A stretch of 64,000 nucleotides of DNA from a virus. The DNA is taken from positions 36,564 through 100,563 of the IMG/VR virus record IMGVR_UViG_3300008267_000009; one strand, 5' to 3'. The translations under genes were made by a program, and so were the position numbers. Below are positions 63,965 through 64,000 of the stretch, one piece after another. Every line of letters begins with the position of its first letter. Within the stretch, counting starts at the first letter, position 1. Below the pieces are notes generated by a model, which worked only from the letters and a program-made list of their open reading frames with translations, did not search any database and was not told where the DNA came from.

Positions 63965-64000
63965 ATGAAGAAATATATGGTTGCTGATTTAGTTAAAGAC
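63965..64000 (+). CDS. 5' end of leaderless ORF, truncated by window
   Basis: TATAAT 63953-58, ATG 6 nt later. Confidence 0.45.
   Translation, partial: MKKYMVADLVKD

Noticed and set aside
1-64000. Prophage or integration features
   Set aside because: No integrase, immunity repressor, att duplication or flanking host housekeeping genes in the window.

Overview
AT-rich (roughly one-third GC by eye) 64 kb segment of a large tailed dsDNA phage (siphovirus-type). The host is almost certainly an Actinobacterium (whiB, leaderless-mRNA architecture, actinobacterial-style secreted proteins); low GC suggests a freshwater lineage (inference). Layout: 1-20.3 kb tail module (tail tube, -1 frameshifted chaperone, 2156-aa tape measure, hub/baseplate, FN3-rich fibres). 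20.3-33.5 kb replication/recombination (metallophosphoesterase, DnaB, DnaG, SSB, DnaE, MazG-like, RecA, two resolvase-like nucleases, Cas4-like exonuclease). 33.5-49.4 kb terminase embedded in a modification island (GT32, methyltransferase, carbamoyltransferase between two SGNH-like genes, NTP-transferase/HAD, cupin, GDPD-like, two GT61, tRNA-Arg/Asn, DUF4406, 2OG-Fe(II) oxygenases). 49.4-64 kb accessory genes (Hsp20, FmdB Zn-ribbon, PA14 surface protein, CHAP lysis cassette, WhiB, HslV-like and S8 proteases, thioredoxin, Ig-like surface protein, SpeD, many microproteins below the ORF-track cutoff). Top leads: (1) a riboswitch-like leader RNA (49929-50038) whose pseudoknot competes with an anti-SD hairpin; (2) a possible virion/host-surface glycosylation-carbamoylation-hydroxylation system; (3) an HNH-like cargo domain inside the tape measure protein; (4) a hidden homoserine-dehydrogenase-like gene with no canonical start; (5) a ROSE-like thermometer on hsp20; (6) a CDGSH Fe-S microprotein; (7) a two-class promoter architecture (leaderless with a 6-nt spacer vs 5'-hairpin leaders). 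All family assignments are from motif recognition by eye; no searches were run.
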